The translations under genes were made by a program, and so were the position numbers. Positions 37,705 to 47,666 of a DNA stretch of 64,000 nt are shown piece after piece; the first letter of the stretch is position 1; every line of letters begins with the position of its first letter. The notes under the pieces were generated by a model that did no database searches, was not told the origin of the DNA, and saw only the letters and a list, made by a program, of their open reading frames with translations. The DNA is from Armatimonadota bacterium (GTDB taxonomy: Bacteria > Armatimonadota > SYMT01), in NCBI GenBank assembly GCA_046292385.1, contig JBKBRF010000004.1, forward strand, positions 224,001 through 288,000. The letters are read 5' to 3'.

Positions 37705-38163
37705 CTACGCGAGTCCGCGCCGTCGGCCCGGTTGGCCGTCGGCCGCTACCAGTCGCCGGGCCAGCAGCGCGTCGAGGCTGTACGCCCCGGGACCCGCCAG
37801 CAGCAGCGCGACGTTCACGACCAGGTAAACCGCTGCCAGCTCCCAGCTCGACCCGCCGGTGCCGACGAAGGGATCGCCGGCCGGAAGATGCACGCGGAAG
37901 ATCGCCACGAGCATTTGCACGGTCAGGAAGAGTGCGGCCACCGGGGTCAGCAGCCCCAGCACGAGCAGTGCGCCCCCCAGCACCTCCGTCCACGCCGCTA
38001 TGAATCCCAGTGCCGGCGGCAGCTGCATCATCTCGGCGAAGGCGGCCGGGTCGCGGACCTTCGGCAGCCCGTGGAAGATGAAGGCGATGCCGGTCACCAC
38101 CCGCAGCGCCAGCAGCGCGGCGCCGACCCGACCGGAATGAAAGCGCTCGATGATCAGGTGCAT
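37705..38163 (-). CDS. DoxX family membrane protein
   Basis: Motifs LRVVTGIAFIFHGLPK, EVLGG, MLVAI..VH and GPGAYSLD. Confidence 0.9.
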   Translation of the reverse strand: MHLIIERFHSGRVGAALLALRVVTGIAFIFHGLPKVRDPAAFAEMMQLPPALGFIAAWTEVLGGALLVLGLLTPVAALFLTVQMLVAIFRVHLPAGDPFVGTGGSSWELAAVYLVVNVALLLAGPGAYSLDALLARRLVAADGQPGRRRGLA

Positions 38164-38183
38164 GGGCGAACTCTTTCGAGCGT

Positions 38184-38335
38184 GTAGCGTTTAGGGTGCA
38201 GCGTGTAGAAATACGTTTGCCGCAGCTTACTCAAAAACCGGTTCCCGCCCCGAGAGGGCGCTCAATTAGGAGCAGGTGTGCGCGGATGGCACTGTCCGCC
38301 AGCCACAGACCTACACGCTGCACCCTAACCGCTAC
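38184..38335. repeat. 25-bp inverted repeat built from heptamers flanking a 102-bp core
   Basis: GTAGCGTTTAGGGTGCAGCGTGTAG (38184-208) versus CTACACGCTGCACCCTAACCGCTAC (38311-335), one mismatch. Confidence 0.8.
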
Positions 38336-38562
38336 CCCCTACAAACCGGGCCTGTTTGCCTGCTCGGTAAGGGCGAGTATGACGCGTGCTATTGTGCGGC
38401 GGCTCTCCTATACTGGGGCCGTTCGCGCCGAGGCGCAGCCAACACTTGTCCCGATTCCGATCCCGACTGGTACCTTTCTCCCCGCCGGGTCGCATCGGTA
38501 ATCCCCCCTGTCTAGAGCATTTTTTGTTCGGCAGTCGGTGAAACTCCGAAAGGAAAGCAGGC

Positions 38563-39954
38563 ATGCAGCAGCTACTCCTGGCGTTCGTGACCGGACTCTT
38601 CTCGCAGCCGGCCGGCGCCCCCGCGGCACCGCCGATTGCGCCCGCCGCGATCGTTGCCAAGAAGGCCCAGGCGGAGGCGCCCGTGGCGCCGCCGGTGAGC
38701 CCGGATGCGGCGCGGAGCGCCCGCGCGCAGGTGCGCCATTCCGTCGACGTGACCGGATCGCGCCGACGCCACAGCTTTACGTTCCCGGACGGGAGCACCG
38801 TCGAGTTCACGCAGCGGGCGCGCCGCTCGCGCGACCAGGCCCGCCGTCAGTGGGTCCTTTCGTACCCGGGCACTCACACCGCCGGGAACGAGCCGGACAC
38901 CACCTTCGAGGCGGCCGGGCAGAGTGCCGGCCTGTCTCCGGCGGCGGTCCGCGCGCTGCGGTTCGTCTCCGGTCATGAGGGCGGCTTCGACGCCATCAAC
39001 ACGTGGGACGTCGCCCGGTTCAGCTGGGGGTTCATCCAGTTCGCCGGAGGTTACGGCTTCCCGCCGGCGCTGCTCCACGTGAAGCAGAGCAGCCCGGAGC
39101 TGTTCCACGAGCTGCTGGCGCAGTACGGCGTGGACGTGGTCCGCAGCCGTGACGGCGACCCGACCCCGGTCTTCGTCAGCGCCCGCACCGGGCGGACGCT
39201 GCGGGGCCGCGAGGCGGAGCAGGCGTTTGGGGATGATCCGCTGGCGATCGCCCTCTTCATCCGGGCGGGACGCCACACCGAGATCAAGCAGCGCCAGGTC
39301 GAGGCCGCGGTGCACAACTACGCCGCGCCGGCGCTCCAGACGGCGCTAGACGGCATCGCGCTGGCGCAGATGCTGGGGTCGCCGCAGGGGCTGGCGGTGC
39401 TGATGGACCGCCAGGTTCAGGAAGGCAACGTTCGCCGCATCGCCGCCGCGCTGGAGTCGGTCCGCCAGAGCCACCGCCTCGAAAACGCGCAGGACGTAGC
39501 GGCGCGCGAAGGCGAGGTGCTCGACCGCGCGATCCAGGATGCCGATGCGCGCGTCCGCATCCGGGAGCTGAGCCGGTCCGCGGCGGCGGCGCTCTCCCGC
39601 GCGGCGGCCAAGGCGCGCGGCGGTGAAGCCGGTTACGTGCCTTACGGCCCGACTCTCTCCTCGGCGCTCGACGCGGTGCGCCAGATGCACTTCGAGGCGG
39701 GGAACCGCATGACCCTGAGCAAGAAGCGCGAGCGGATCTACGGCGGACTTTCGGAAGTGCTCACCGTCACCGACCCGGGCCGGCTCCAGGGCCTCTCCGG
39801 TCGGGAGATGGCCCGGCGGCTGGAGCGGGCCGCGGGCGAGGTCCGCGAGCTGGCTTCCGGCTTCCGCTGGGAAGAGAACATCCGCGACCGCCTGCGCAGC
39901 ATCCGCAGCTCCGAGTTGGCCGGCCCGGCGCCCTCCGGCATCGTGCTGCAATAG
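38563..39954 (+). CDS. Hypothetical exported protein with a possible lysozyme-like domain
   Basis: Motif HEGGFDAINTWD..FSWGFIQF resembles lysozyme-superfamily E...SxGxxQ; hydrophobic N-terminus; Pro/Ala linker. Confidence 0.6.
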   Translation: MQQLLLAFVTGLFSQPAGAPAAPPIAPAAIVAKKAQAEAPVAPPVSPDAARSARAQVRHSVDVTGSRRRHSFTFPDGSTVEFTQRARRSRDQARRQWVLSYPGTHTAGNEPDTTFEAAGQSAGLSPAAVRALRFVSGHEGGFDAINTWDVARFSWGFIQFAGGYGFPPALLHVKQSSPELFHELLAQYGVDVVRSRDGDPTPVFVSARTGRTLRGREAEQAFGDDPLAIALFIRAGRHTEIKQRQVEAAVHNYAAPALQTALDGIALAQMLGSPQGLAVLMDRQVQEGNVRRIAAALESVRQSHRLENAQDVAAREGEVLDRAIQDADARVRIRELSRSAAAALSRAAAKARGGEAGYVPYGPTLSSALDAVRQMHFEAGNRMTLSKKRERIYGGLSEVLTVTDPGRLQGLSGREMARRLERAAGEVRELASGFRWEENIRDRLRSIRSSELAGPAPSGIVLQ

Positions 39955-40029
39955 CGGGTCCGGAAGCTGCTGCTCGACCGAAGGGGTCGTCCACCACGAG
40001 TGGGCGGCCCCTTCGGCAACTCAGGGACG

Positions 40030-40149
40030 TTGCAGGTTTGCAGGTTAGCAGGTTGCAGGTTATGAACCCCCCCGACTGGCAGGTCAACCTGGAACCTGCA
40101 AACCTGGAACTTGCAAACCTGGACCTTGCAAACCTGCAACCTGCAAACC
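40030..40149. repeat. Inverted arrays of TTGCAGG(T) / (A)ACCTGCA 7-8-mers between convergent genes
   Basis: Four G-arm units at 40030-40061 and about eight C-arm units at 40086-40149. Confidence 0.75.
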
Positions 40150-40157
40150 GACTCCCG

Positions 40158-40505
40158 CTACGGGACGCGGCCGGACCACGACGAAAGCATGATCAGCAGC
40201 ACCACTCCGATGCCGATCACGATGGCGGCGACGACCCCCCAGACCTGCGCCTTGCGGCCCCACTGCTGATCTTCCGCGAAAGCGGTCGTCTGCTCCTCGA
40301 CCACGGCCGGGTCGAGCGGCACCTCTTCGCCTCGCCTCACCGCCTCGGCGGCAGCTTCCAGCTCGGCGGGGGTCATGAAGCCGTCGGAGACGAGCATGTG
40401 GCGCGCGCGGTCCCGCGGCTCCTGCGGCAGGTGCCCGCACTCCCGGCAGGCGTGCCACGCGCCCGCCTTCCACGCCCCGCACCGGAGACAGACCGCACCG
40501 GACAT
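40158..40505 (-). CDS. Small hypothetical protein with N-terminal zinc ribbon and C-terminal TM helix
   Basis: CLRC...CREC; GGAG RBS; hydrophobic C-terminus. Confidence 0.7.
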   Translation of the reverse strand: MSGAVCLRCGAWKAGAWHACRECGHLPQEPRDRARHMLVSDGFMTPAELEAAAEAVRRGEEVPLDPAVVEEQTTAFAEDQQWGRKAQVWGVVAAIVIGIGVVLLIMLSSWSGRVP

Positions 40506-40578
40506 CGCACACTCCTGCGCCGCGGAGTAACCGTCGGCGAGACGTAGATCGACCGCCGCCCGCTCCGCTACACCCCTA

Positions 40579-42159
40579 TTATGGCCGTGCCGGGCGGTAG
40601 CGGGGCCCCTCGGAGCGGGCTTCGCGGGTGCCGCTGCCGGCGAGGAAGTGGAGCAGACCCTGGGAGATGCCGGAAGCCACCTTCTCGCGGTAGTCCGGAT
40701 CGGCCATCTTGCGGGCGGTAGGCGCGTGGCTGATGTAGCCGGTCTCGATCAGCACCGCGGGGCGCTTCGCGGTCCGCAGCACGTAGAAGCCGGAGCGGTA
40801 GCGGGTGTAGTCGGAGCGGACGCCCAGGTCGTAGGCGTCGATCACGTCCACCAGGTTCTCCTGGACGCGCTCCGCCAGCGACCGGCTGGGCGTGTGGTCG
40901 TGGTGGAAGTAGGTAGTGGTGCCGGAGATGGATGGGCGTCCCTCTATCGCGTCGCAGTGGATGCTCACCAGGATGTCGGACTCGGTGTTCCGGATCCAGG
41001 CGGCGCGCTGCGGCGGATCGAGCGTGCGATCCCCCTCGCGGGAGAGATGCACTTCGTGACCGAGCTCCCGCAGCTGCCGCGCCACCCGGAGGGTGACGTC
41101 GAGGGCGACTGTCTTCTCGTAGAGTCCGCCGGGGCCGACCGCGCCGGAGTCCCGTCCACCGTGGCCTGCGTCGAGGGCGATCACGTAACGCCGGACGGGT
41201 CGAGGAGGCGCGGTGCCCGGTGCGGGAGCTCCGGGGTAGATGAGCTGGGCGACTTGCTCCCCCGCGGGCGCGACCGCGCGGGGCTGCGTTCCCGAACGGA
41301 GATCGAGCACCACGCGCGCGATGTCCGGGCCGCGGCTGTTCTGTCCCACGCGCACCTGGCGGACCGGGGTGCCGGCCAGCCCGGGGCGCGGTGTCTCCGG
41401 CATCGCGAGCACCGCCCCACGCACGTCGAGGATGTAGCGCGGCGCGCCCGTGCCGACGAACGCCTCCGAGACCGTGACCGGGCCGGTGGTCTGCAGCTTG
41501 ACGCGCACGCGGCTCCCAACCCTGACCAGCTCCACGCCGGTGAGCTGGACGCCCGGCTCCTCCGGGCGAGGCTTCGGCTCGGGCCGCAGAGGGGGTGCCG
41601 GGCGTACCGGGGTGGGGGTGGGGACCGTCGGCTCCGGCCGCGTCGGCGTCACCGGCTCCGGCTCCGGTCCCGGCTCCGGCTTCGGCTCCGGCCGCACCGG
41701 CGGCGTCGGCTCCGGCTTGGGCTCCGGGGCGGCGGAGCCGGGAGCGCCGCCGATCTCGAGCACCAGGTCGCGCGCCCCGGCCGGAGAGACGAGCCGCGCG
41801 CCGAGCGGGCGCGCCACCTGCAGCTCGATCCGCACTCCCTGGGCGCTGCGAGACGAGCGCAGCGAGACGATGCCTCCGGCGTCGACCGGCAGCTCCGGCG
41901 GCAGCGAGCGGCTGGCGGCGCCGGGCAGCTCCACCACGATCTGCCCTTTCTCCACCCGAATGCGCGGCGTGAGCGCGCCGGAGCAGCGGAGGGTGATACG
42001 GGAGGCGCTCTCCCCCGGCTCGATCGTGACCCCCAGCACCTGGACGCGGGTGGATGCGGTCTGGGCCCAGCCAGGCCTGGGGCAAGCGCCGCCTCCCGCG
42101 AGGAGACAGCAAGCGGTAAGCGCGAGCAGGCGGTAGTGCGGGAAAGCTTGGAACGGCAT
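40579..42159 (-). CDS. N-acetylmuramoyl-L-alanine amidase (Amidase_3) with two AMIN-like domains and a PE/PT linker
   Basis: Motifs LDAGHGGRDSGA, EK, VSIHCD and VLIETGYI; VRVGQ..ARVVLDL is AMIN-like; start ATG 42159 (ORF extends to 42261). Confidence 0.9.
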   Translation of the reverse strand: MPFQAFPHYRLLALTACCLLAGGGACPRPGWAQTASTRVQVLGVTIEPGESASRITLRCSGALTPRIRVEKGQIVVELPGAASRSLPPELPVDAGGIVSLRSSRSAQGVRIELQVARPLGARLVSPAGARDLVLEIGGAPGSAAPEPKPEPTPPVRPEPKPEPGPEPEPVTPTRPEPTVPTPTPVRPAPPLRPEPKPRPEEPGVQLTGVELVRVGSRVRVKLQTTGPVTVSEAFVGTGAPRYILDVRGAVLAMPETPRPGLAGTPVRQVRVGQNSRGPDIARVVLDLRSGTQPRAVAPAGEQVAQLIYPGAPAPGTAPPRPVRRYVIALDAGHGGRDSGAVGPGGLYEKTVALDVTLRVARQLRELGHEVHLSREGDRTLDPPQRAAWIRNTESDILVSIHCDAIEGRPSISGTTTYFHHDHTPSRSLAERVQENLVDVIDAYDLGVRSDYTRYRSGFYVLRTAKRPAVLIETGYISHAPTARKMADPDYREKVASGISQGLLHFLAGSGTREARSEGPRYRPARP

Positions 42160-42226
42160 CGAGGGCTCCTGGGCGCAAACGGGCCGCCGCGTGGCGCAGC
42201 GGGCAATCCCGGGCGTGGCTCCCCAA

Positions 42227-42287
42227 GAAATGAAAAGCCGCCCGCGGCGTGGTCCGATCAAACGACCACGCCGCCGGACGGCGGGTT
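42227..42287 (-). terminator. Terminator after tmRNA
   Basis: GCGGCGTGGTC/GACCACGCCGC stem followed on the minus strand by TTTTCATTTC. Confidence 0.6.
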
Positions 42288-42289
42288 AG

Positions 42290-42642
42290 TGGAGGCGCCG
42301 GGAGTTGAACCCGGGTCCAAAGGGATGCAGCTTAGACTTCTACGAGCGTATCCGATGATTTAATCTCGCGCTGTGCCCCCCATCGGCAGGGTGCATGCTC
42401 GCGCCAGCCCGCTAATACGCGAAACGGCCCGCAGGCAAAACCGTTCCGGTGGCCAGGTTTATCATCGCCCTACGCCGCGCCCCTGGCCGGGCTCGGATCG
42501 GACGCGCTAGCCTAGATTAGGCAGCGAGAGCGTAGCTCTGAGTGTTGTTCGCGTTTATGCGTTTGCCGCTTTTTACGAGGCCAGCGGCGCCTCGGCTCGC
42601 AATCTAAACCCCAAGTCTCCTCTGTCGACACCCATCGCCCCC
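42290..42642 (-). ncRNA. ssrA: Transfer-messenger RNA; tag (A)ANNTQSYALAA
   Basis: 5' GGGGGCG pairs with 3' CGCCTCC-A, including a G-U wobble; T-arm CCGGG-TTCAACT-CCCGG; tag ORF 42552-42517 GCG AAC AAC ACT CAG AGC TAC GCT CTC GCT GCC TAA. Confidence 0.96.
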
Positions 42643-42908
42643 CAGTTGGGAACGTGGCCCCATGGTACCCCGCCGATCGTGGTCTGTCAACGTTTTGCCA
42701 ACACCGATTCTCGGCTGCTGATCCGGAATCTACACCCCAATCGCGGGCACCAGGGATAAGACCCGGAGGGTCCGTTCCGGTTCCATCCTGTTTCCGGGCG
42801 GCCATCCGGGACCGGGTGCCGGCGGTCGTACGCGGGAGAGGGGTCCGCCTTTCGGGGACCCCTCTCCATTCGCTCGCCGTCACTGGGACGGCGTCTTCTC
42901 ACGCTGCC

Positions 42909-43289
42909 CTAGCGGGGCATGGTCCCGCCCGGCATCGGCATCGTTCCACCCGGCATGGGAGCGGTGCCCGGTCCCGGCGGAGGGGCGATCATGCCAGGGC
43001 CGGGCATCGTACCCCCCGGCGTCGGCATGGTACCGCCCGGCGTCGGCATGGTCGCCCCCGGAGTCGGCATCGTGCCGCCGGGAGTCGGCATGGCGCCGCC
43101 GGGCGCGGTGCCCGTGGTTGGCATCACCGCGGGGCCCATCGGCGCCCCGCCCGGTCCACCCATCGTCATGCCGCTGGTGATCGGCGGCGGGGGCGGGGGC
43201 GGCGAGAACGTTTTCCACCCCATGAAGATCGCTGCCACGATTCCGACGGCTGCGAGCGCCGCGGGAACCACCCACTTCGGAAGATCCAT
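42909..43289 (-). CDS. Small membrane-anchored Pro/Gly/Met-rich protein with PGG(T/A)MP(T/M) heptapeptide repeats
   Basis: AAGGAG RBS; N-terminal TM; 21-nt tandem repeats; directly downstream of the DUF1559 gene. Confidence 0.75.
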   Translation of the reverse strand: MDLPKWVVPAALAAVGIVAAIFMGWKTFSPPPPPPPITSGMTMGGPGGAPMGPAVMPTTGTAPGGAMPTPGGTMPTPGATMPTPGGTMPTPGGTMPGPGMIAPPPGPGTAPMPGGTMPMPGGTMPR

Positions 43290-43315
43290 CCTTCGCTAGC
43301 TCCTTTCGTGGGGGA

Positions 43316-44113
43316 TTAGTCCGTGTCCCAGGGATCGGCGCCGAACTGGTAGTGGCCGCCTGCGGCCTGCCCCCCACGGCTGTTGAACCACCAGTTGATG
43401 TCGTAGGCGGCGATCTGGTTGTTGCCGGAGACGAAGTTCACCTTCATCCACTTGGCGTGGCCGTCGTAGAACAGCGCGTTGGAGCCCTTGCTGCCGGTAT
43501 TGGCGCCGTTCCAGGAGTACGGATCTGCGCCGCCCGCGTGCCAGTGCTCTTCCACGAGGTAGGCCAACTGCGCCGGTCGCTGGATCACCGCCTGCGTCAC
43601 GTCTCCCACGATGGACGCATGCGTGTCGTGAGCGTGGCGCTGGTAATAGGAGCCGCGCTCGTTCCCCGCGATCCACCGCCCGACCTTGTTATCACTCGGG
43701 CAGCGGAAGATGCCCTCGTTCTTCGAGTATGGGTTGAGCCGCGCCGGATAGCCGGCGAGGACGCCGCGCACCGTGGCGGTGTTCGTTCCGGGCTGGTAGA
43801 GCCGGATTCCCCAGCAGGTGATGTGCGCCGCACCCAGGTAGGCGCCGGGGCTGCGGCCGATGGTGCTGCAGCCGCCTCCGTCCAGCGCGTCGAATGACTG
43901 GCGCGAGTCCGGGAAGGTCTCGTCGTAGTCCTGCGTGTACATCATGGCCGCGGTGCCGATCTGCTTCATGTTGCTCAGGCAGCTCGCCTTGCGAGCCGCC
44001 TCGCGGGCACGGGCGAAGACGGGGAAGAGAATAGCCGCCAGGATGGCGATGATGGCAATTACGACGAGGAGCTCTATGAGCGTAAATCCTCGCCTGTCTC
44101 GACGATGAAACAT
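43316..44113 (-). CDS. Prepilin-type N-terminal cleavage/methylation protein (DUF1559, H-X9-DG-like C-terminus)
   Basis: [60 protein letters not shown]. Confidence 0.93.
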   Translation of the reverse strand: MFHRRDRRGFTLIELLVVIAIIAILAAILFPVFARAREAARKASCLSNMKQIGTAAMMYTQDYDETFPDSRQSFDALDGGGCSTIGRSPGAYLGAAHITCWGIRLYQPGTNTATVRGVLAGYPARLNPYSKNEGIFRCPSDNKVGRWIAGNERGSYYQRHAHDTHASIVGDVTQAVIQRPAQLAYLVEEHWHAGGADPYSWNGANTGSKGSNALFYDGHAKWMKVNFVSGNNQIAAYDINWWFNSRGGQAAGGHYQFGADPWDTD

Positions 44114-44281
44114 GACGCGTTCTCCAGAAAGCGGATCCCAACGATCCTACCGGGAGATTCACCGGCCACGCCGTTTTCCCTGCCCGCGCTGTGACTTTTT
44201 CGCGACATCCGGGGTGATTACCGCGCTTTGATTCGATAAACACTTTCTTAAGAACTCTGCTTCCGCGCCGCGAAGTGTATG

Positions 44282-47200
44282 CTATCGACCACTAACGACG
44301 CGGGTAGACGCTCCTCCCCGGCTGCTTCGCACCGTCACGCGATCGGGTCGAATTCGCACCTTGAAGCGGCCTCGATACTCGTTTTTCCGGACGTGCTTCA
44401 GCTTGCCGATCGCCTTTCCGGTGCGGGTGTCGTAGACGGTCAGCGCCGGCTTGCGCAGCCGCCGCGCGGCTGCGGCGAGCCCGTCCGCGGCGGTGCTGGT
44501 CGCCTCCACCGTGAGCTGCGCCCCGGAGTTGCTCGTGGCAGCGGTCTGCACGTCCACCTGGTCCTGCGCCTCACTCGGTAGGATGTCGATCCACGTGCCG
44601 AGCTCGTCGTCCCGAGTGTAGGCCCAGACGTCCGCGAAGGTCGGCTCGGCCACTCCCTGGGTCTGCGCCGTAAACCGGATGATGAACTCCCCTTCCGGAA
44701 TTAACACGGAGGCGGGGAGGGCGAGAAGGTCCGGTTTATCGGTCTCCAGGTAGACGGTGAGCCCCTCTTCCGGAGCCGGACCGGAGAGGACGAGGGTGCC
44801 CTCCACATGGCTGCCGCCGACCACCGGATCCGGGGAAAGGAAGAGGTCCTCGAGCCAGACGGGCCAGACCCACAGAATGGCCGAGGCGCTCAATCCGTTG
44901 GCGGAGGCCGTGATCTCCACCTCGCGGTCTTCCGTCGGCGAGGCAGCGGTGACCGGGAAGCTCGCCGTGGTCTGTCCCGCGGGAACGGTGACCGAGCCCG
45001 GGACTCGCACCACCGCGTGGCTCGACTGCAGCGCCACGCGCAGGCCTCCCGCCGGGGCGGGGCCGTTCAGCGAAACCGTCCCGCTGAAGCTCTCCCCACC
45101 GCCGGCGGCCCAGCGCTCCAGCTCCACCGACACCGGGCCGGGTGGGGCTACGGTCAACGGAGCGGTGTGCGACATGCCCCCGAGCGAGGCGGTGAGCACC
45201 ACCTCCGTGAGCCGTTCCACAGCCCGGGTGGAGACGGTGAAGGCGACGCTGCGGAGGCCCGGCCGGACGGTGACGTTAGCCGGCACGGAAGCGGACGCGC
45301 TGCTGCTGGAGAGCTGAACGGTGACTCCCCCCGGTCCCGCGGGCTCCGGCAGCGTCACCACGCCGCCCGCGGGCGAGCCGCCGCCCACTCGCGCCGGCTG
45401 CACGGAGAGGAACGGCAGCTCGGTGCCCGGCTCCGGCGCCGTCGCTACCGCATAGAGCCAGCTCGCCTCGCCCCGGACATACTGGTTGCCGGTCATCCCC
45501 ACGTAGGCCGTCTCCGCGTCTGCGGAGAAGCGCGGGCGGGAGACAGGCAGCACCGGCGCTCCCGCTTCCATCGGCAGCGTGAGCCGCCACAGCGAGGTGC
45601 CGGCGATGCTGACACCCGCCAGGAAGCACTCCGCCTCGAACACAGTCTGGCCGGGCACCACGAGCAGCGTGTTGAAGGGACTGACCTCCGGCGCGAAGGT
45701 GCGCGTCGGCACCGGGAGCTCCCATCGCTGCCGGCGTGCTGAATCGAACGCCGCCAGCCGATCACTCTCGAGCGCGTAGACGGTTCCATCCGGCCCCGCC
45801 ACCGGTGCCTGGCGCGCCGAGGAGAAGCTTCCACGCGCGGAGCCGTCTGGCCCGTACTCGGTAACCCGGCCGGTCTGGCCCGCGGGCGGGCTGGCCTGCA
45901 CGTAGACGCTGCCGTCCGGAGAGATCGCGGCCTGCCCGACGCCGGGGCGCGACCACCGGAAGGTCCCGTCCAGCGTGTACGCCACCAGGGCGCTCTGGGA
46001 GCTGAAGTAGAGCTGATTCCCTGCGAAGACAATCTCCTGACCGTCTCCCCAGTAGGCGCCGCCGAAGTCCCGGAACCCCGGGCTGCTCCAGCGCAGCGCT
46101 CCCTGCGGGGAGACGCTGAAGAGGCCGAGCCCCTGGCCCGGGAGATCGCTTCCGACCGCGTAGATGTTGCCGTCCGGGCCGATGCTGGGACCGGCGAAGA
46201 TGATTCCGTCGGTCGGCTCCTTCACGCGCCAGCGCTCCCGGCCGTCCGGACCCACGGAGATGAGCGTGCCGTACGCCGCCATGTAGACGGTGCCGTCCGA
46301 CCCGACCGCCAGCGACTGCGCGCAGTGCGCGGGGGCGGCGGAGTAAATCCACTTCAGGGCGCCGTCCGGCGCCAGGGCATACAGGTGCCCGCGGTGGTCT
46401 CCCGCGTAGAGCGTGCCGTCCGGACCGACCGCCGGGCGGCTGTAGACCGCGGGGCCGTCCGCCTGGAAGCGCCAACGCACCCGGCCGTCGCTGGGTCGGG
46501 TCACCACCTCCAGCGGCAGCGCGGCGCCCTCGCCGCCCGCGGTCACGACGACCACCTCCGTCGAGCCGAGCGGTGCCGTCTCCGGCACGTAGGCGGTGAT
46601 GCTGTTGTCGCTCCAGTGGGTGACCAGCGCCTCGGCGCTTCCGATTCGCACCACGCTGTTCTCCTGGTGGAAGCCGAAGCCTTCGCCGGTAATCTTGAGG
46701 CGCCCGGCGCGGGGTAGGACCGGGTCGGAGAGCTGGATGAGCCGCGGGACCGGCGTCACGCGACTGCCGTAGAGCGTCATCGACAGATCGGTGTGCATCT
46801 CCCCGTAGTAGAGCTGCCGGGTCCAACCCGGGTCCTCCGCCAGCAGGTCCCGGAACCAGGCCCCGCTGCCCCGCGGGGCGCCGCTGTTGGCGCTCCACCA
46901 GTACCAGCGCGCCTGGAAGACGGGGTCGATCACCGGCTGGACGGAGACGAAGTGGCGACCTTCCGCGGCGAACGGCGGCTCCAGCGCCACTCGGAACCGG
47001 TTGGGCACCGCGTGGTCTACTTCAAGGCCCGGTGCGCCCGCCTCCTGGAAATACTCCGCTTGCAGCGCGCCCGGCTTGCCGTCCGGCCCGAAGGCGTAAA
47101 ACCGCACGTTCACCCCATAGAACGGCGGGGGAAAGTTGGGGCTGCCAATGTGGCCGTTCAGGCCTCCGACGCTGATGGCGGTGACGGAGCCGGTCAAGTC

Positions 47201-47377
47201 AAAGTCGTCCGCCAGCTCGGACTCGATCGGCAGCAGCGGCTCCCTCGACACCTGGCTAGGGCCCCAGGTGTCGCGCCCGCCCTCCGTCTGCTGCCAGATC
47301 AGCGTTTCCGTGTCTCCACTCGCCGCTCCCGCGAGCGTCAGCACCAGCAGCAGTAGGAGCCAGAGTCGGTGGATCAT
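44282..47377 (-). CDS. Large secreted protein with an IPT/TIG domain, PQQ-like beta-propeller and Ig-like repeats
   Basis: Signal peptide; ITGEGFG..WSDNSITAYVP; repeated PAVGPDGTLY..W motifs; three VxGG..GxVTL..PA repeats. Confidence 0.85.
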   Translation of the reverse strand: MIHRLWLLLLLVLTLAGAASGDTETLIWQQTEGGRDTWGPSQVSREPLLPIESELADDFDLTGSVTAISVGGLNGHIGSPNFPPPFYGVNVRFYAFGPDGKPGALQAEYFQEAGAPGLEVDHAVPNRFRVALEPPFAAEGRHFVSVQPVIDPVFQARWYWWSANSGAPRGSGAWFRDLLAEDPGWTRQLYYGEMHTDLSMTLYGSRVTPVPRLIQLSDPVLPRAGRLKITGEGFGFHQENSVVRIGSAEALVTHWSDNSITAYVPETAPLGSTEVVVVTAGGEGAALPLEVVTRPSDGRVRWRFQADGPAVYSRPAVGPDGTLYAGDHRGHLYALAPDGALKWIYSAAPAHCAQSLAVGSDGTVYMAAYGTLISVGPDGRERWRVKEPTDGIIFAGPSIGPDGNIYAVGSDLPGQGLGLFSVSPQGALRWSSPGFRDFGGAYWGDGQEIVFAGNQLYFSSQSALVAYTLDGTFRWSRPGVGQAAISPDGSVYVQASPPAGQTGRVTEYGPDGSARGSFSSARQAPVAGPDGTVYALESDRLAAFDSARRQRWELPVPTRTFAPEVSPFNTLLVVPGQTVFEAECFLAGVSIAGTSLWRLTLPMEAGAPVLPVSRPRFSADAETAYVGMTGNQYVRGEASWLYAVATAPEPGTELPFLSVQPARVGGGSPAGGVVTLPEPAGPGGVTVQLSSSSASASVPANVTVRPGLRSVAFTVSTRAVERLTEVVLTASLGGMSHTAPLTVAPPGPVSVELERWAAGGGESFSGTVSLNGPAPAGGLRVALQSSHAVVRVPGSVTVPAGQTTASFPVTAASPTEDREVEITASANGLSASAILWVWPVWLEDLFLSPDPVVGGSHVEGTLVLSGPAPEEGLTVYLETDKPDLLALPASVLIPEGEFIIRFTAQTQGVAEPTFADVWAYTRDDELGTWIDILPSEAQDQVDVQTAATSNSGAQLTVEATSTAADGLAAAARRLRKPALTVYDTRTGKAIGKLKHVRKNEYRGRFKVRIRPDRVTVRSSRGGASTRVVSGR

Positions 47378-47666
47378 GGAACGCTCCGGTACGGCAGAGG
47401 AGGGGCGGCGTGGGGACGCGCGCCCGCAGCAGGGAGAGGCAGCGAGTGACTCCCATCACTTAATAGCGGCAATCCCCGGAAGAAAATACGCTGCGCCGCA
47501 CGGGAATTCCGCACGGGGTCGAGCGTTCGGATGGCGGACCGAGCGCCGCCCGGGTTGACGAGTCCGCCGGGACGAGGACTCGAAGCAGGGTCCCGACGGA
47601 AGGCGGCGAAATCGATCTAATGTAAGCAGTGTCTGCTTCGATCCCGGACGAGCGAGGAGCAGCGAG

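Noticed and set aside
42290..42642. Integrated element at tmRNA
   Set aside because: No integrase and no duplicated 3' end of ssrA were seen; a terminator and an ordinary amidase gene follow.
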